From an uncultured beta proteobacterium (GTDB lineage Bacteria > Pseudomonadota > Gammaproteobacteria > Burkholderiales > SG8-39), in assembly GCA_963782655.1 (NCBI GenBank), contig CAWALA010000012.1:9761-73760 (forward strand): a DNA stretch of 64,000 nucleotides, written 5' to 3'. Under the pieces are notes generated by a model. The model was not told the origin of the DNA and searched no databases. It saw only the letters and a list, made by a program, of their open reading frames with translations. Positions within the stretch are counted from its first letter, which is position 1. Every line of letters starts with the position of its first letter. Shown here piece by piece: positions 1 to 14,488 of this stretch. Made by a program: the position numbers and the translations under genes.

Positions 1-2385
<2,385 letters not shown>

Positions 2386-2389
<4 letters not shown>

Positions 2390-2628
2390 CCTTTGATGCG
2401 CAGCTGCTGCATCTTCTTGCGCAGCGTGTTGCGGTCGATGCCGAGCATCGCGGCGGCGAGCGTCAGGTTGCCCTCGGCGCGGCCGAGCACCAGTCTCGAT
2501 CATCGGCTGCTCGACGTTCTTCAGCACCATGTCGTAGATCGACGGTCGGCTGCTCGCCGTCCATGTCCTTGAAGTAGCGCTCCAGCGAGCGCTTGACGGC
2601 GTCGGACAGCTCGTTGCGTCCGGCTCAT
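2386..2628 (-). CDS. fis: Fis-family DNA-binding protein
   Basis: IYDMVLKNVEQPMIE...GNLTLAAAMLGIDRNTLRKKM across indels; canonical dusB-fis-purH order. Confidence 0.9.
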
Positions 2629-3600
2629 GCGGCGAGCCTCCCGAAATAGTCGTTGACCGCGGCGCGCTGCTGCGCGACCGCCTCGATGCGCACCACGCCC
2701 TGGCGGAAGCCTTCGCCGCCCGGCAGGCCGCGCGCGTACCAGCCCAGGTGCTTGCGCGCGACGCGCAGCGCCCTGCTCCTCGCCGTAGAGCGCGTACAGG
2801 CCCTCGAGGTGCTCGCGCACCACGGCCTCGATCTCGGCCGGCGCGGGCGGCGCGAGCGCGCTCGCCGGTGGCGAGGAAGTGCTCGATCTCGCGGAAGATC
2901 CAGGGCCGGCCGAACGCGGCGCGGCCGATCATCAGGCCGTCGGCGCCGGTGCGCTCGAGCACCGCGCGCGCCTCGGCCGGCGTGCGCGATGTCGCCGTTG
3001 GCGATCACCGGGATGCGCACGCTGCGACTTCACCTCGGCGATGGTGTCGTACTCGGCCTGCCCGGCGAAGCCGCAGGCGCGCGTGCGGCCGTGGATGGCG
3101 AGCAGCTGCACGCCGGCAGTCCTCGGCGATGCGCGCAATGCGCACGGCATTCCGGCGCTCGGCGCTCGGGCCCGGTGCGGATCTTGAGGGTCACCGGCAC
3201 CCGCACCGCGGCGACCACCGCCTCGAGGATGCGCGCCACCAGCGGCTCGTCCTCGAGCAGCGCCGAGCCGGCGTAGACGTTGCAGACCTTCTTCGCCGGG
3301 CAGCCCATGTTGATGTCGATGATCTGCGCGCCGCGGCCGACGTTGTAGCGCGCGGCTTCGGCCATCCATGGCGGGATCGGCGCCGGCGATCTGCACCGAG
3401 ACCGGGCCGGTCTCGCCGGCATGGTCCAGGCGCAGCAGCGACTTGCGCGAGCCGCGCAGCTCGGGGCGCGAGGACACCATCTCGCACACCGCGAGGCCGG
3501 CGCCGAAGCGGCGCGCGAGCATGCGGAACGGGCGGTCGGTGACGCCCGCCATCGGAGCGACGAACAACGCATTGCGCAGGAGGTGCGCGCCGATCTGCAT
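2625..3600 (-). CDS. dusB: tRNA-dihydrouridine synthase B
   Basis: [56 protein letters not shown]. Confidence 0.95.
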
Positions 3601-3648
3601 TTGCGGTTCAGGATGCCGAGCGCGAAAGGAACGGCATTCTATAAAAGA

Positions 3649-4703
3649 TCACGGCAGCGCGGAAGGTCCGAAGATCATGCGCCGCGCAAAAAAGCGCCGC
3701 GCGGCGGGCAGGATGTCAAGACCCGTCAGCGCGGCGCCGCGCGCCGCGCGCGCCAGCGGGTTGGCGCCCAGGAATCCGCGCGCCAGTACTTCGGTGACGC
3801 CGATGGTCGCCGCGGCGTCCAGCCGCCGCTGCGCGGCGAAGCGCGCGAGCGCGCGCTCGCTGCCCGGATCCTCGGCCGCATGCAAGGTCTGCGCCAGGTC
3901 CCACGCGTCGCGCAGGCCGAGGTTGAGGCCCTGGCCGGCCACCGGGTGCAGCGTCTGGGCGGCATTGCCGATGAAGACCGCGCGCGCCTCGACGCGCGAC
4001 GCGCGCACGCGCAGCGCGAGCGGCAGCGCGCGCGCGCTCGTGCACCGCCGTGAAGCGTCCGGCGCGATCGCCGAACGCCTGCTGCAACTGCGCGAGGAAT
4101 TCCGGCGGCGCGGCGCTGCGCCAGCGCGGCGGCGCGCTCGGGCCGCGTGCTCCAGACCAGCGCCCAGTCGCCGGCGAGCGGCAGCAGCGCGAGCGGCCCG
4201 TCCGCCGTGAAGCGCTCGTAGGCCATGCGCCTGCGACGCGGGCTCGGCGGCGACCCGCGCCACCAGCGCATCGCGCCCGTAGCGCCGCTCGCGCGCATCG
4301 CGCCGCAGCGCCTTCGGCGTGCACGGTCAGGCGCGGCGGCGTCGCCCGCGTCCCGTTCAACGACCGACGCGCGCGCGCAGCGCCGCGAGCGAGCTGCCGC
4401 GTACTCGCCACGTAGCCGAGGCCGGCACGCCGGCGTCGGCGGCGTCCATGCGCGTGCGTCCGAATGCGCCCGCCTGCGAGACGTGGATGGACGCGATCGG
4501 CGTGGCGGCGAACGCGCCCCAGACGCCGACGCGCTCGAGGATCAGCCGGCTCGCGTGCGACAGCGCGATCGGGCGGAACGCGCCGCGGCCGCCGCGCGTC
4601 CGGGATCGACGACGCGCACGGCGTGGCGCGAGTCCCGCAGCGCGAGCGCCAGCGTGCAGCCGACCGGCCCGGCGCCCAGGACGAGGATGTCAGCTGCGGG
4701 CAT
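3649..4703 (-). CDS. ubiH: UbiH-family FAD-dependent ubiquinone hydroxylase
   Basis: [10 protein letters not shown] dinucleotide-binding motif, [37 protein letters not shown]; downstream of pepP. Confidence 0.85.
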
Positions 4704-6025
4704 CGCGCATCAGCGCTTCGACGTCGGCGACGGCCTTGGGCGCCTCCGCGGTCAGCACCTCGCAGCCGGCCTCGGTCACCAGCACGTCGTCCTCGATGCG
4801 CACGCCGATGTCGCGCAGCGCGCTCGGGCACGTCGTCCGCGGCGCGGATGTACAGGCCGGGCTCGACGGTGAGCGTCATGCCCGGCGCCAGCGCGCGCCA
4901 CTGGCCGGCGCGCTTGTAGTCGCCCGCGTCGTGCACGTCCAGGCCGAGCCAGTGCCCGGTGCGGTGCATGTAGAAGCGCTTGTAGGTTTCCTTCTCCAGC
5001 ACCGCATCCAGGCTGCCCGCGAGGAGCTTGAGATCGAGCATGCCCTGCGCGAGCACCTTCACCGCCGCGTCGTGCGGCTCGTTCCAGGCGTTGCCCGCGC
5101 GCACTTTGTCCATCGCCGCGCGCTGCGCGGCGAGCACCAGCTCGTAGACCTCGCGCTGCGCGCCGCTGTAGCGGCCGTTCACCGGGAAGGTGCGCGTGAT
5201 GTCGGCGGCGTAGCCGTCGAGCTCGCAGCCCGCGTCGATCAGCAGCAGGCTCGCCGTCGCGCGAGCGGCGCGTCGTTGGACACGTAGTGCAGCACGCAGG
5301 CGTTGGCGCCGCCCGCGACGATCGGCCAGTAGGCCGGAAACTGCGCGCCGTGGCGGCGGAACTCGTACAGCAGCTCGGCCTCGATCTCGTACTCGTTGCG
5401 CCCCGGGCGCGTGGCCTGCATGGCGCGCCGGTGCGCGCCGGCGGAGATGGCGCGCGGCCTTGCGCATCACCGCGAGCTCCTGCGCGTCCTTGACCAGGCG
5501 CATGTCGTCGAGCGGCGCGCGCACGTCGTGCAGCTGTTGCGGCGCGGCCACGCCGCTCGCGCGCCTTGGCGCGCACCGCGTTCAGCCAGCGCATCGCGCG
5601 CGCGTCCCACTCCGGGTCGGCGCCCACGGGGTACCAGAGCGCGGCGCGGTCCGCGAGCAAGGCGCGTCATCGCCTCGTCGAGCTGCGCGATCGGCTGCGC
5701 CTCGTCGAAGCCGAAGCGCTCGCGCGCGCCCTCGGGGCCGTGGCGGAAGCCGTCCCAGATCTCGCGCTCGGCGTTGCGCTCGCGGCAGAACAGGATCGTG
5801 CGCGGCGCCGCGTCGGCGACGATCACCAGCACCGCCTCGGGCTCCTGGAAGCCGGTCAGGTAGTGGAAATAGCTGTCGTAGCGGTAGGGGTAGTGCGTGT
5901 CGCGGTTGCGCGCGCGCTCCGGCGCGGTGGGGATCACCGCCACGCGCGCCGGGCATCGCCTGCGCAAGGCGCTGCCTGCGCGCCGCGCGCACCGCCACGT
6001 CCCCGGTCAGATCGTTCGCCTTCAT
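4690..6025 (-). CDS. pepP: Xaa-Pro aminopeptidase
   Basis: [70 protein letters not shown]. Confidence 0.95.
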
Positions 6026-6714
6026 GCTCCAGTCCTCGTCCTTGCGCGCAGCAGCGCGTCGAGCTCGGCGAGCCGCTCCGCCGTGCCGATGTCCCGCCAC
6101 AGCCCTGCGATACAGCTCGCCCGCCAGCCGCCCGTCCTGCGCGGCGGCGCGCAGCAGCGGCGCGAGCTGCGCCTTGTCCCCCGCGCGCACCGGCGCGACC
6201 AGCGCGGGGTCCAGCAGCGCGATGCCGGTGTAAGTGTAGCGCGGCGCCGGCGCGTTGCCCGCGCGGCCGCCGGCGAGCGAGAAATCGCCCGCCGCGTGGT
6301 GCGCGCGGGTTCGGCGCCAGCACGAGGTGCGCGAGGCGAGTCGTCGAGCGCGCGCGTGCGCAGCGCGGCGAGGTCGTAGTCGCAGAACACGTCGGCGTTG
6401 ACCAGCGCGAAGGGCCCGGCGCCCGAGCAGCGCGCGCGCCTGCGCGATGCCGCCCGCGGATTCGAGGGGCTGCGCCTCGCGCGAATAGGCCAGGCGACAC
6501 GCCGAAGGCGCTGCCGTTGCCCAGGCGCGCTTCGATCTGCCTCGCCGAAGTGCGAGACGTTGATCACGACGTCGCGAAAACCCGCCCGGGCGAGCCGCTC
6601 CAGCTGCCAGACGACGAGCGGCTTGCCGCCGGCCTCGGCGAGCGCCTTGGGCACGCGGTCGGTGAGCGGGCGCAGGCGCTCGCCGCGCCCTGCGGCGAGG
6701 ATCATCGCCTTCAC
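6022..6714 (-). CDS. murU: N-acetylmuramate alpha-1-phosphate uridylyltransferase
   Basis: [43 protein letters not shown]; coupled to amgK. Confidence 0.88.
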   Translation of the reverse strand: MKAMILAAGRGERLRPLTDRVPKALAEAGGKPLVVWQLERLARAGFRDVVINVSHFGEADRSAPGQRQRLRRVAWPIRARRSPSNPRAASRRRARCSGAGPFALVNADVFCDYDLAALRTRALDDSPRAPRAGAEPARTTRRAISRSPAAARATRRRRATLTPASRCWTPRWSRRCARGTRRSSRRCCAPPRRTGGWRASCIAGLWRDIGTAERLAELDALLRARTRTGA

Positions 6715-7670
6715 GCCTGCAGCTCGTCGAGCAGCCGCGCGAGCGGCGCGAGCGCGGCGTAGCGCCGGGCGACGGCGCGCGCGTAGCCGAGGAAGCGCGG
6801 CGTGTCGGCGAGGTACTTTTCCTTGCCGTCGCGGTAGGTGAGGCGCGCGAAGATGCCGAGCACCTTCAGGTGGCGCTGCAGGCCCATCCATTCGAAGGCG
6901 CGCCAGAACTCGGCGAAGTCCGCCGCCACCGGCAGGCGCGCCTTCTTCGCCCCCTCCCAGTAGCGCACCGTCCAGTCGAGCACGCGCTCCTCTTCCCAGC
7001 TGAGGAAGGCGTCGCGCATGAGACAGACGATGTCGTAGGTGATCGGGCCGACGACCGCGTCCTGGAAGTCGAGGACACCGGGGTTGGGCTCGCTCAGCAT
7101 GAGGTTGCGCGGCATGTAGTCGCGGTGCACGTAGACCGCGGGCTGCGCCAGCGCGCTTTGCACCAGCGCGTCGACCACGCTGTCCAGCGCGGCGCCCGGC
7201 TTGCGCCCGAGGTGCCGCCCGAGGTACCACTCGGGGAACAGCGCCATCTCGCGGCGCAGCAGCGACTCGTCGTAGGGCGGCAACTCCCCGGGGCGCGTCG
7301 CCAGCTGCCACCGGATCAGCGCGGCGGTCGCGTCGCGCATCAGCGCGCCGGCGTTGGTCGCGTCAGCGCATCGAGGAAGGTGGTGCGCCCGAGGTCCTCG
7401 AGCAGCAGGAATCCCTGCTCCAGGTCCTGCGCGTGCACGCGCGGCGCGTGCACGCCGGCCTCGCAGGAGCAGTCGCGCCACGTGCACGAAGGGGCGGCAG
7501 TCCTCCTTGCCCGGCGGCGCGTCCATGGCGACATAGCTGCGCCCGTCGGCGAGCGTGGCGCGGAAGTAGCGCCGGAAGCTCGCGTCCGCGGAGGCGGGCG
7601 CGAGCGTGAAGTCCGAGCCGGCGAGCGGCCCGGCGAGCCAGCGCCGGAGCGCCGCGAGCCTTTCGTCCAC
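6711..7670 (-). CDS. amgK: anomeric MurNAc/GlcNAc kinase (APH-like phosphotransferase)
   Basis: PASADASFRRYFR, MDAPP, VHRDYMPRNLM, LDFQDA, QRHLKVLGIFARL; divergent from lptD. Confidence 0.9.
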   Translation of the reverse strand: MDERLAALRRWLAGPLAGSDFTLAPASADASFRRYFRATLADGRSYVAMDAPPGKEDCRPFVHVARLLLRGRRARAARARAGPGAGIPAARGPRAHHLPRCADATNAGALMRDATAALIRWQLATRPGELPPYDESLLRREMALFPEWYLGRHLGRKPGAALDSVVDALVQSALAQPAVYVHRDYMPRNLMLSEPNPGVLDFQDAVVGPITYDIVCLMRDAFLSWEEERVLDWTVRYWEGAKKARLPVAADFAEFWRAFEWMGLQRHLKVLGIFARLTYRDGKEKYLADTPRFLGYARAVARRYAALAPLARLLDELQA

Positions 7671-7739
7671 GGGGTGCGTTGCGCGTTGCGTGGTAATGTG
7701 CGATTTTACCTGCATAAGCGCGGTTTCTCCTTGATCTCC

Positions 7740-9949
7740 ATGCGGTTTTCCACGGCGCCGCTGCTCGCGCTGCTCGCCGCCGCCCTCGCGCAGGCGCAGC
7801 AGCCGAAGGAGCCCGCCACCATCGAGGCGCAGAGCATCGAGGGCATTGCGGGCCTGGAGGTGACCGCGCGCGGCGGGGTGGAGTTCAGGCAGGACGACAC
7901 GACGATCTACGCCGACTACCTCAAGTTCAACCGCGAGTTCGGGCGCCTGGAGGCGGAGGGCGGAGTGCGCCTGCAGCAGGGCGGCGACCGCTTCACGGGC
8001 CGCGGCTGCGCTACGACATCACGGACCACACCGGCGTGCTCGAGGAGCCCGCGTTCCTGCTGCGCCGCGGGCAGACGGCGCGCGGCGGCGCCGAGCGCGT
8101 GGAGTTCCTCGGCCTGAACCGCTTCCGCCTGAGCGGCGCGCATTTCACCACCTGCGAGCCGGGCAACGACGACTGGCGGCATCGAGGCGCGCGAGATCGA
8201 CCTCGACTACGACGAGCAGACCGGCGTCGCGCGCGGCGCGCGCCTGCACTTCCTCGACGTCACCATCGCCGGCACGCCCTACGCCTCCTTCCCGCTGGAG
8301 AACCGGCGCAAGAGCGGCCTGCTGGCGCCGTATTACGCGCAGACCTCGCTGCGCGGCGTGGAGATCGGCGTGCCGTACTACTGGAACATCGCGCCGGAGC
8401 AGGACGCCACCATCACGCCGGTGTACATGTCCAAGCGCGGCGAGCAGCTGAAGACGCCATTACCGCTACCTCGACGCTCGCTACTTCGGCGAGGCACGCG
8501 CCGAGTACATGCCCGATGACCGCGTGCTGGGCACAAGCCGCGCCGGCTACTCCTGGCAGCACGAGCAGCGCTTCACGCCGGCGCTGCTCGGGCGCCTCGA
8601 CCTGAACCGCGTCTCCGACGACACCTACTTCGTGGACCTGTACAGCCAGGTGCGCCAGGTGTCGACCGGCAACCTGCAGCGCGACGGCTACCTGCAGTAC
8701 ACCGGCTCGCTCGCGGGCGCGTCCTATGTCGCGCAGGCGCGCGTGCAGCGCTTCCAGACCCTGCAGGACCCGCTGGCGCCGATCGAGAGCCCCTATCACC
8801 GCGTGCCGCAGCTCAACCTGGGCGTCACGCGCAACGACATCGGCGGCCTGCTGGATGCCGCGGTGCCGGCCGAGTACGCGCGCTTCACGCACCCGACGCT
8901 CATCGAAGGCGCGCGCGCCTCGATCTCCCCCGTGCTGGCGACGCCGCTGGTCGCGCCAGGCTATTTCGTGACGCCCAAGGTCGGCGTGCGGCGCGTGGGC
9001 TACAACCTGACGCGGCGCGGACCCCGGGCAGGCGGAGCGCCAGGACTACACCATTCCGTGGTTGAGCCTGGACAGCGGGCTGGTGTTCGATCGCGACACG
9101 CAACTGGTTCGGCAGCGCCCTGACGCAGACGCTGGAGCCGCGCCTGTACTACGTCTACGCCGCCTACCGCAACCAGGACCAGGCGCCGCTGTTCGACACG
9201 GCGCTCGCCGATTTCACCTACGCGCAGCTGTTCAGCGAGAACCGCTTCGTCGGCGGCGACCGCTTCGGCGACGCCAACCAGATCACCGCGGCCGCTGACC
9301 ACGCGCCTGCTGGGCGCCGGCGGCGCGGAGGTGCTGCGCGCCACGCTCGGACAGCGCTATTACTTCGAGGACGAGCGCGTCGGCCTGACCCCGACCTCGA
9401 CGCTGCGCACCTCGAGCGGGTCCGACTGGCTGGCGTCGGTGGGCGGACGCATCGCGCGGCATTGGACCTTCGACACCACGTTGCAGTACAACCCGCGCGA
9501 TTCGGTCACCGAGCGCTCCGGGGTGTCGTTGCGCTACAACCCGGAAATCGCCAAGGTGCTGAACGCCAGCTACCGCTTCCAGCGCGACGTGCAGAGCCAG
9601 GTGGATCTTTCCGTGCAATGGCCGGTCAAACCGGGCTGGTATGCGATCGGCCGCTACAACTACTCGCTGCGCGACGAGCAGCTCCTCGAAGGCGTCGCCG
9701 GCATCGAGTACAACGGCGGCTGCTGGGTGTTCCGTGGTGTGTTACCAGCGGCTGCAGGCGGCCACCGACGTGACTTCCTCGCAGTTCCTGTTCCAGCTCG
9801 AGTTCAACGGCTTCGGGCAGATCGGCTCCGACGACACGCTGACGCTCCTGCGGCGCAGCGTGCCGGGGTACTCGGTGACCAATCCCAGCGACCAGGCGCT
9901 GGTGCCGCCCAGCCTGCGCCCGCGCCTGCCGTTCCAGCAGGTGTACTGA
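7740..9949 (+). CDS. lptD: LPS assembly outer-membrane protein LptD (frameshifted)
   Basis: Signal peptide, [63 protein letters not shown]-type C-terminus. Confidence 0.93.
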
Positions 9950-11250
9950 TGCGCACCCCGCGGTGCAAGCTTCTCCTCGCGCTCCTGCTCGCCTGCGCCG
10001 CGCCGCCCGCGCCGGCGCAGCGCGCCGCGTTCGTCGACCGCATCGTCGCGGTGGTCAACAAGGAGGTCATCACCGCCAGCGAGCTGGCCGAGCGGGTCGC
10101 TTTCGCCGAGCGCCAGCTGCGGCGCCAGAACATCGCCCTGCCCGAGCGCGCGCTGCTCGAGCGCCAGATGCTCGAGCGCCTGATCCTCGACAGAGGCGCA
10201 GGTGCAGCTCGCGGCGGACACGGGGTTGCGCGTGGACGAGCTGCAGCTCGACCGGGCGGTGCAGCGCATCGCCGAGGGCAACAACGTGACGCTCGCCGAG
10301 TTCCGCCGCCAGCTGGAGGCCGACGGCGTGCCGTTCGAGAAATTCCGCGCCGAGGTGCGACAGCAGATCCTGCTGCAGCGCCTGCGCGAGCGCGAGGTGG
10401 ACGACCGCGTGCAGGTGAGCGAGAGCGAGATCGACATCTTCCTGGAGGAGAACAAGGCGGCCGCCGCCGGCGTGCAGGAGTACAACGTGGCGCACGTCCT
10501 GGTGCGCATCCCCGAGCAGGCGAGCCCGGAGCGCATCGCGCAGGCGCGCGCCCGCGCGGAGAAGGCGCGCGCCGAAGCGCTCGCGGGCGGCGACTTCGCG
10601 CGCATCGCCGCGAGCGCCTCGGACGCCGGCGACGCGCTGCAGGGCGGCGCGCTGGGCTGGCGCAGCCTGTCGCGCATGCCGGAGCTGTTCGCCGACGTCG
10701 CTGAAGACCATGCAGGCAGGGGAGGTGAGCGCCGTGCTGCGCAGCCCCGCGGGGTTTCACGTGGTCAAGCTGCTCGAGCTCCGCGGCGCGGGCAGCGCCG
10801 CCCCGGTGATGCAGACGCGCGTGCGCCACATCCTGATCAAGACCAGCGAAGTGGTCTCGGAGGCCGACGCGCGCCGGCGCCTCGCGGGGCTGCGCGAGCG
10901 CATCGTGGGCGGCACCGATTTCGCCGAGCTGGCGCGGCTCAATTCCGCAGGACGGCACCGCGGCGCGCGGCGGCGAGCTGGGCTGGATCCACGCCGGGGA
11001 CACGGTGCCCGAGTTCGAGCGGGCGATGAACGCGCTCAAGCCCGGCGAGCTGAGCGAGCCGGTGCGCTCGCCGTTCGGCTTTCACCTGATCCAGGTGCTG
11101 GAGCGGCGCACGACGGACATGAGCGCGGAGCGCCAGCGCCTGCAGGCGCGCCAGCAGCTGCGCGAGCGCAAGTCCGAGGAGGCCTACCAGGAGTGGCTGC
11201 GCCAGCTGCGCGACCGCGCCTACGTCGAGCTGCGGCTGGAGGAGCGGTGA
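9949..11250 (+). CDS. surA: periplasmic chaperone/PPIase SurA
   Basis: VDRIVAVVNKEVIT, two parvulin domains (VAHVLVR, VRHILIK, GGELGW, PVRSPFGFHLI), LRDRAYVELR. Confidence 0.94.
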
Positions 11251-12146
11251 TCCGGATCGCGCTCACCTCGGGCGAGCCGGCGGGCATCGGGCCGGAGCTG
11301 TGCGTCGCGGTGGCGCGCAAGTTCCGCGGCGCGCGGCTGGTCGCCATCGGCGAGCGGAGCCTGCTGAAGGGATGTGCGCACATCGAGCACGTGGCGCTCG
11401 GGGCGCCGCGCAAGGCGGGCAGGCTCGACCCCGCCAACAGCCGCTACGTGCTGCAGGTCCTCGACCGCGCGATCGACGGCTGCCTCGCCGGCGAGTACGA
11501 CGCGATGGTCACGGCGCCGGTGCACAAGGGGGTGATCAACGACGCGGGCATCCCCTTCACCGGCCACACGGAGTACCTGGCGGCGCGCACGCAGGCGCCG
11601 CACGTGGTGATGATGCTGGTGGGCGGCGGGCTGCGCGTGGCGCTCGCCACGACGCACCTCGCGCTGCGCGATGTGCCGCGCGCCATCACGCGCGCGGGAT
11701 TGGTGGCGACGCTGCGCGTGATCAGCGCCGACCTGAAGAAGCGCTTCGGCATCCGGCGCCCACGCATCCTCGTGTCGGGGCTGAATCCGCACAGCGGCGA
11801 GTCGGGGCACCTGGGCACCGAGGAGCGGGACGTGATCGAGCCGGCGCTCGCGGATGCGAAGAAGCTCGGCATCCTGGTGCAGGGCCCGATTCCGGCCGAT
11901 ACGCTGTTCGTGCCCTCGCGCCTGAAGGGCGCCGACTGCGCGCTCGCCATGTACCACGACCAGGGGCTGCCGGTGCTCAAGTACGCGAGCTTCGGCGCGG
12001 GCGTGAACGTGACGCTCGGGCTGCCGTTCGTGCGCACCTCGGTGGACCACGGCACGGCGCTGGAGATCGCGGGCAAGGGCAAGGCCGATCCCGGCAGCCT
12101 CGTCGAGGCGGTCAAGCTTGCCGTCAAGCTCGCATCGGCCGCGTAA
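11247..12146 (+). CDS. pdxA: 4-hydroxythreonine-4-phosphate dehydrogenase
   Basis: LTSGEPAGIGPE, FTGHTEYLA, GLNPHSGE, AMYHDQGLPVLK, RTSVDHGTA. Confidence 0.96.
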   Translation: MIRIALTSGEPAGIGPELCVAVARKFRGARLVAIGERSLLKGCAHIEHVALGAPRKAGRLDPANSRYVLQVLDRAIDGCLAGEYDAMVTAPVHKGVINDAGIPFTGHTEYLAARTQAPHVVMMLVGGGLRVALATTHLALRDVPRAITRAGLVATLRVISADLKKRFGIRRPRILVSGLNPHSGESGHLGTEERDVIEPALADAKKLGILVQGPIPADTLFVPSRLKGADCALAMYHDQGLPVLKYASFGAGVNVTLGLPFVRTSVDHGTALEIAGKGKADPGSLVEAVKLAVKLASAA

Positions 12147-12876
12147 GAGATTCGGGCAGCACTTCCTGCACGACCCGGGGGTGATCCGGAAGATCGTCGA
12201 GGCGATCGCGCCCGCGCCGGAGGATTTCATGGTCGAGATCGGACCTGGGCAGGGCGTGCTCACGCTCCCGCTCGCCGAGCGCGTCAAGCGGCTGGAGGTG
12301 ATCGAGATCGACCGGGACCTGGCCGCCGCGCTGCCCGGCGATCGGATCAAGGTGCACGTCGCGGATGCGCTGGAGTTCGACTTCGGCGTGTTTCCGCAGG
12401 GCGTGCGCATCGTCGGCAACCTGCCGTACAACATCTCCACGCCTTTGCTGTTTCACCTCGCGCGCTACGCGGACCGCGTGCGCGACCTGCATTTCATGCT
12501 GCAGCTCGAGGTGGTGGAGCGCATGGTGGCGAAACATTCGACGCCGGAGTACGGGCGCCTGTCGGTGATGCTGCAGACGCGCTTTCGGATGCAGAAGCTG
12601 TTGCGCGTCGGGCCGGGCGCGTTCCGGCCGCCGCCGAAAGTGGACTCGGCGGTGGTGCGCATGGTGCCGCTCGGGGCGCCGCTGGGGTGCGACGAGAAGG
12701 TTTTCGAGCAGGTGGTGCGGGAGGCGTTCAGCGCGCGGCGGAAGACACTGCGCAACGCGCTTTCGCTGGAACCGCGCGACTATACCGAATTAGGTATAGA
12801 CCCGAGATTGCGGCCGGAGAACCTCTCGCCGCAGGACTACGTGCGCATCGGCACGCGGCGCGCTTGCGCTCGATGA
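12118..12876 (+). CDS. rsmA: 16S rRNA adenine dimethyltransferase
   Basis: [44 protein letters not shown]. Confidence 0.96.
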   Translation: MPSSSHRPRKRFGQHFLHDPGVIRKIVEAIAPAPEDFMVEIGPGQGVLTLPLAERVKRLEVIEIDRDLAAALPGDRIKVHVADALEFDFGVFPQGVRIVGNLPYNISTPLLFHLARYADRVRDLHFMLQLEVVERMVAKHSTPEYGRLSVMLQTRFRMQKLLRVGPGAFRPPPKVDSAVVRMVPLGAPLGCDEKVFEQVVREAFSARRKTLRNALSLEPRDYTELGIDPRLRPENLSPQDYVRIGTRRACAR

Positions 12877-13243
12877 ACTCGATCTTGTAGCCGTCCGGAT
12901 CCTCCACGAACGCGATCACCGTGGTGCCGCCCTTCACCGGGCCGGCCTCGCGCGTCACCTTGCCGCCCTTCGCGCGCACCGCGTCGCAGGCCTTCGCGCA
13001 GTTGTCCACTTCGATGGCGAGGTGGCCGAAGGCGCCGCCCATCTCGTACTTGGGCACGCCGTAGTTGTAGGTGAGCTCGATCACCGAGGCCTTGTCCTCG
13101 GTGTCGTAGCCGACGAAGGCGAGCGAATACTTCTGCTCCGGCCGGTCGGTGGTGCGCAGCACCTTCATGCCGAGCACCTCGGTGTAGAACCTGACGGAGC
13201 GATCCAGGTCGCCCACCCGCAGCATCGTGTGGAGGAGTCTCAT
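12855..13243 (-). CDS. gloA: lactoylglutathione lyase (glyoxalase I); 3' end approximate
   Basis: [49 protein letters not shown]; in-frame stop only at 12728, probably an error near the end. Confidence 0.93.
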
Positions 13244-13253
13244 GGGGGCGAGT

Positions 13254-13955
13254 CTACAGCGACTCCTGCTGCGCCTCGATCCAGGATTTCACCTGCGCGA
13301 TGACCTCCTTCGGCTGGCGACCGGCGGTGTCGATCGGCGGCCCGATGCGCACGGTCACGGTCCCGGCGTGCTTGAGGAACGCATTGCGCGGCCAGAGCTT
13401 GCCCGCGTTGTGCGCCACCGGCACCACCGGCACGCCGCAGTTCACCGCGAGCCATGCCCCGCCCTGCTGGTATGCGCGCTTCTGCCCCAGCGGCACGCGC
13501 GTGCCCTCGGGAAAGATCACCACCCAGAAGCCCTGCGCCAGCCGCTCGCGCCCTTTGCGCGCCAGCTCTCGCAGCGCCGCCATGCCGCGCGCGCGGTCGA
13601 TGGCGATCGGGCTCATCAGCGCGAGGCCCCAGCCGAAGAACGGGATCCACAGCAGCTCGCGCTTCACCACCTGCACCTGCGGCGGGAAGATCTCCTGGAA
13701 GGCGAGGGTTTCCCAGGCCGACTGGTGCTGCGACAGGATCACCGCCGGCTCATCCGGCAGGTTCTTGCGCCCCTCGATGCGCCAGCGGATGCCGCACAGT
13801 ACCCACGCCAGCCAGAGCATCAGCCGCGACCAGGCGGAAATGAGGCGATAGCGCGCCATGCGCGGCAGCGGAAAGGACAGCAGCGCGAGGATCGCGTAGG
13901 GCGGGGTGACGAGGACGAGCGCGAGCGCGAACAGCGCCGAGCGCAGCCACGTCAT
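13254..13955 (-). CDS. plsC: 1-acyl-sn-glycerol-3-phosphate acyltransferase
   Basis: [34 protein letters not shown]. Confidence 0.9.
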   Translation of the reverse strand: MTWLRSALFALALVLVTPPYAILALLSFPLPRMARYRLISAWSRLMLWLAWVLCGIRWRIEGRKNLPDEPAVILSQHQSAWETLAFQEIFPPQVQVVKRELLWIPFFGWGLALMSPIAIDRARGMAALRELARKGRERLAQGFWVVIFPEGTRVPLGQKRAYQQGGAWLAVNCGVPVVPVAHNAGKLWPRNAFLKHAGTVTVRIGPPIDTAGRQPKEVIAQVKSWIEAQQESL

Positions 13956-14488
13956 GGAGCTTGCTGCGCGGCGAAGGCGGCGAGGTCGGGGAAGATCGCA
14001 GTCCCCGCCGGCAGGCCGCCCGCATCGCGCGTCTTCTTGCCCTTGCCGGTGAGCACCAGCACCGGCCGCGCGCCGGCGGCCGCGGCGGCCTGCAGGTCGC
14101 GCAGCGAGTCGCCGACCACCGGCACGCCCTCGAGCGCCGACGTTCATGCGCTTGGCGATCTCGTGCAGCATGCCCGGGCTTGGGCTTGCGGCACTCGCAG
14201 TTCGAGTCGCGCGGCGTGCGGGCAGAAGAAGATCGCGTCGATGCGCCCGCCCGCCTGGTGCACCGCACGGTGCATCGTGTCGTGGATGGCGTTCAGCGTC
14301 GCCATGTCGAACAGGCCCCGGCCGATGCCGGACTGGTTGGTCGCCACCACCACGCGCCAGCCGTCCTGCGTGAGGCGCGCGATGGCCTCGAGGCTGCCCT
14401 TGATCGGCTTCCACTCCGCCGGCGACTTGATGTACTGGTCGCTGTCGTGGTTGATGGTGCCGTCGCGGTCGAGGATGACGAGCTTCAT
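13952..14488 (-). CDS. gmhB: D-glycero-D-manno-heptose 1,7-bisphosphate phosphatase
   Basis: [45 protein letters not shown]. Confidence 0.93.

Noticed and set aside
10710-12146. SurA-PdxA fusion ORF (likewise UbiF-DsbC, TrpG-TrpD, GmhB-PlsC, PepP-UbiH, TyrS-lactonase)
   Set aside because: Each junction has an ordinary ATGA/GTGA/TGATG-style or short overlap; the apparent fusion arises from an upstream indel.
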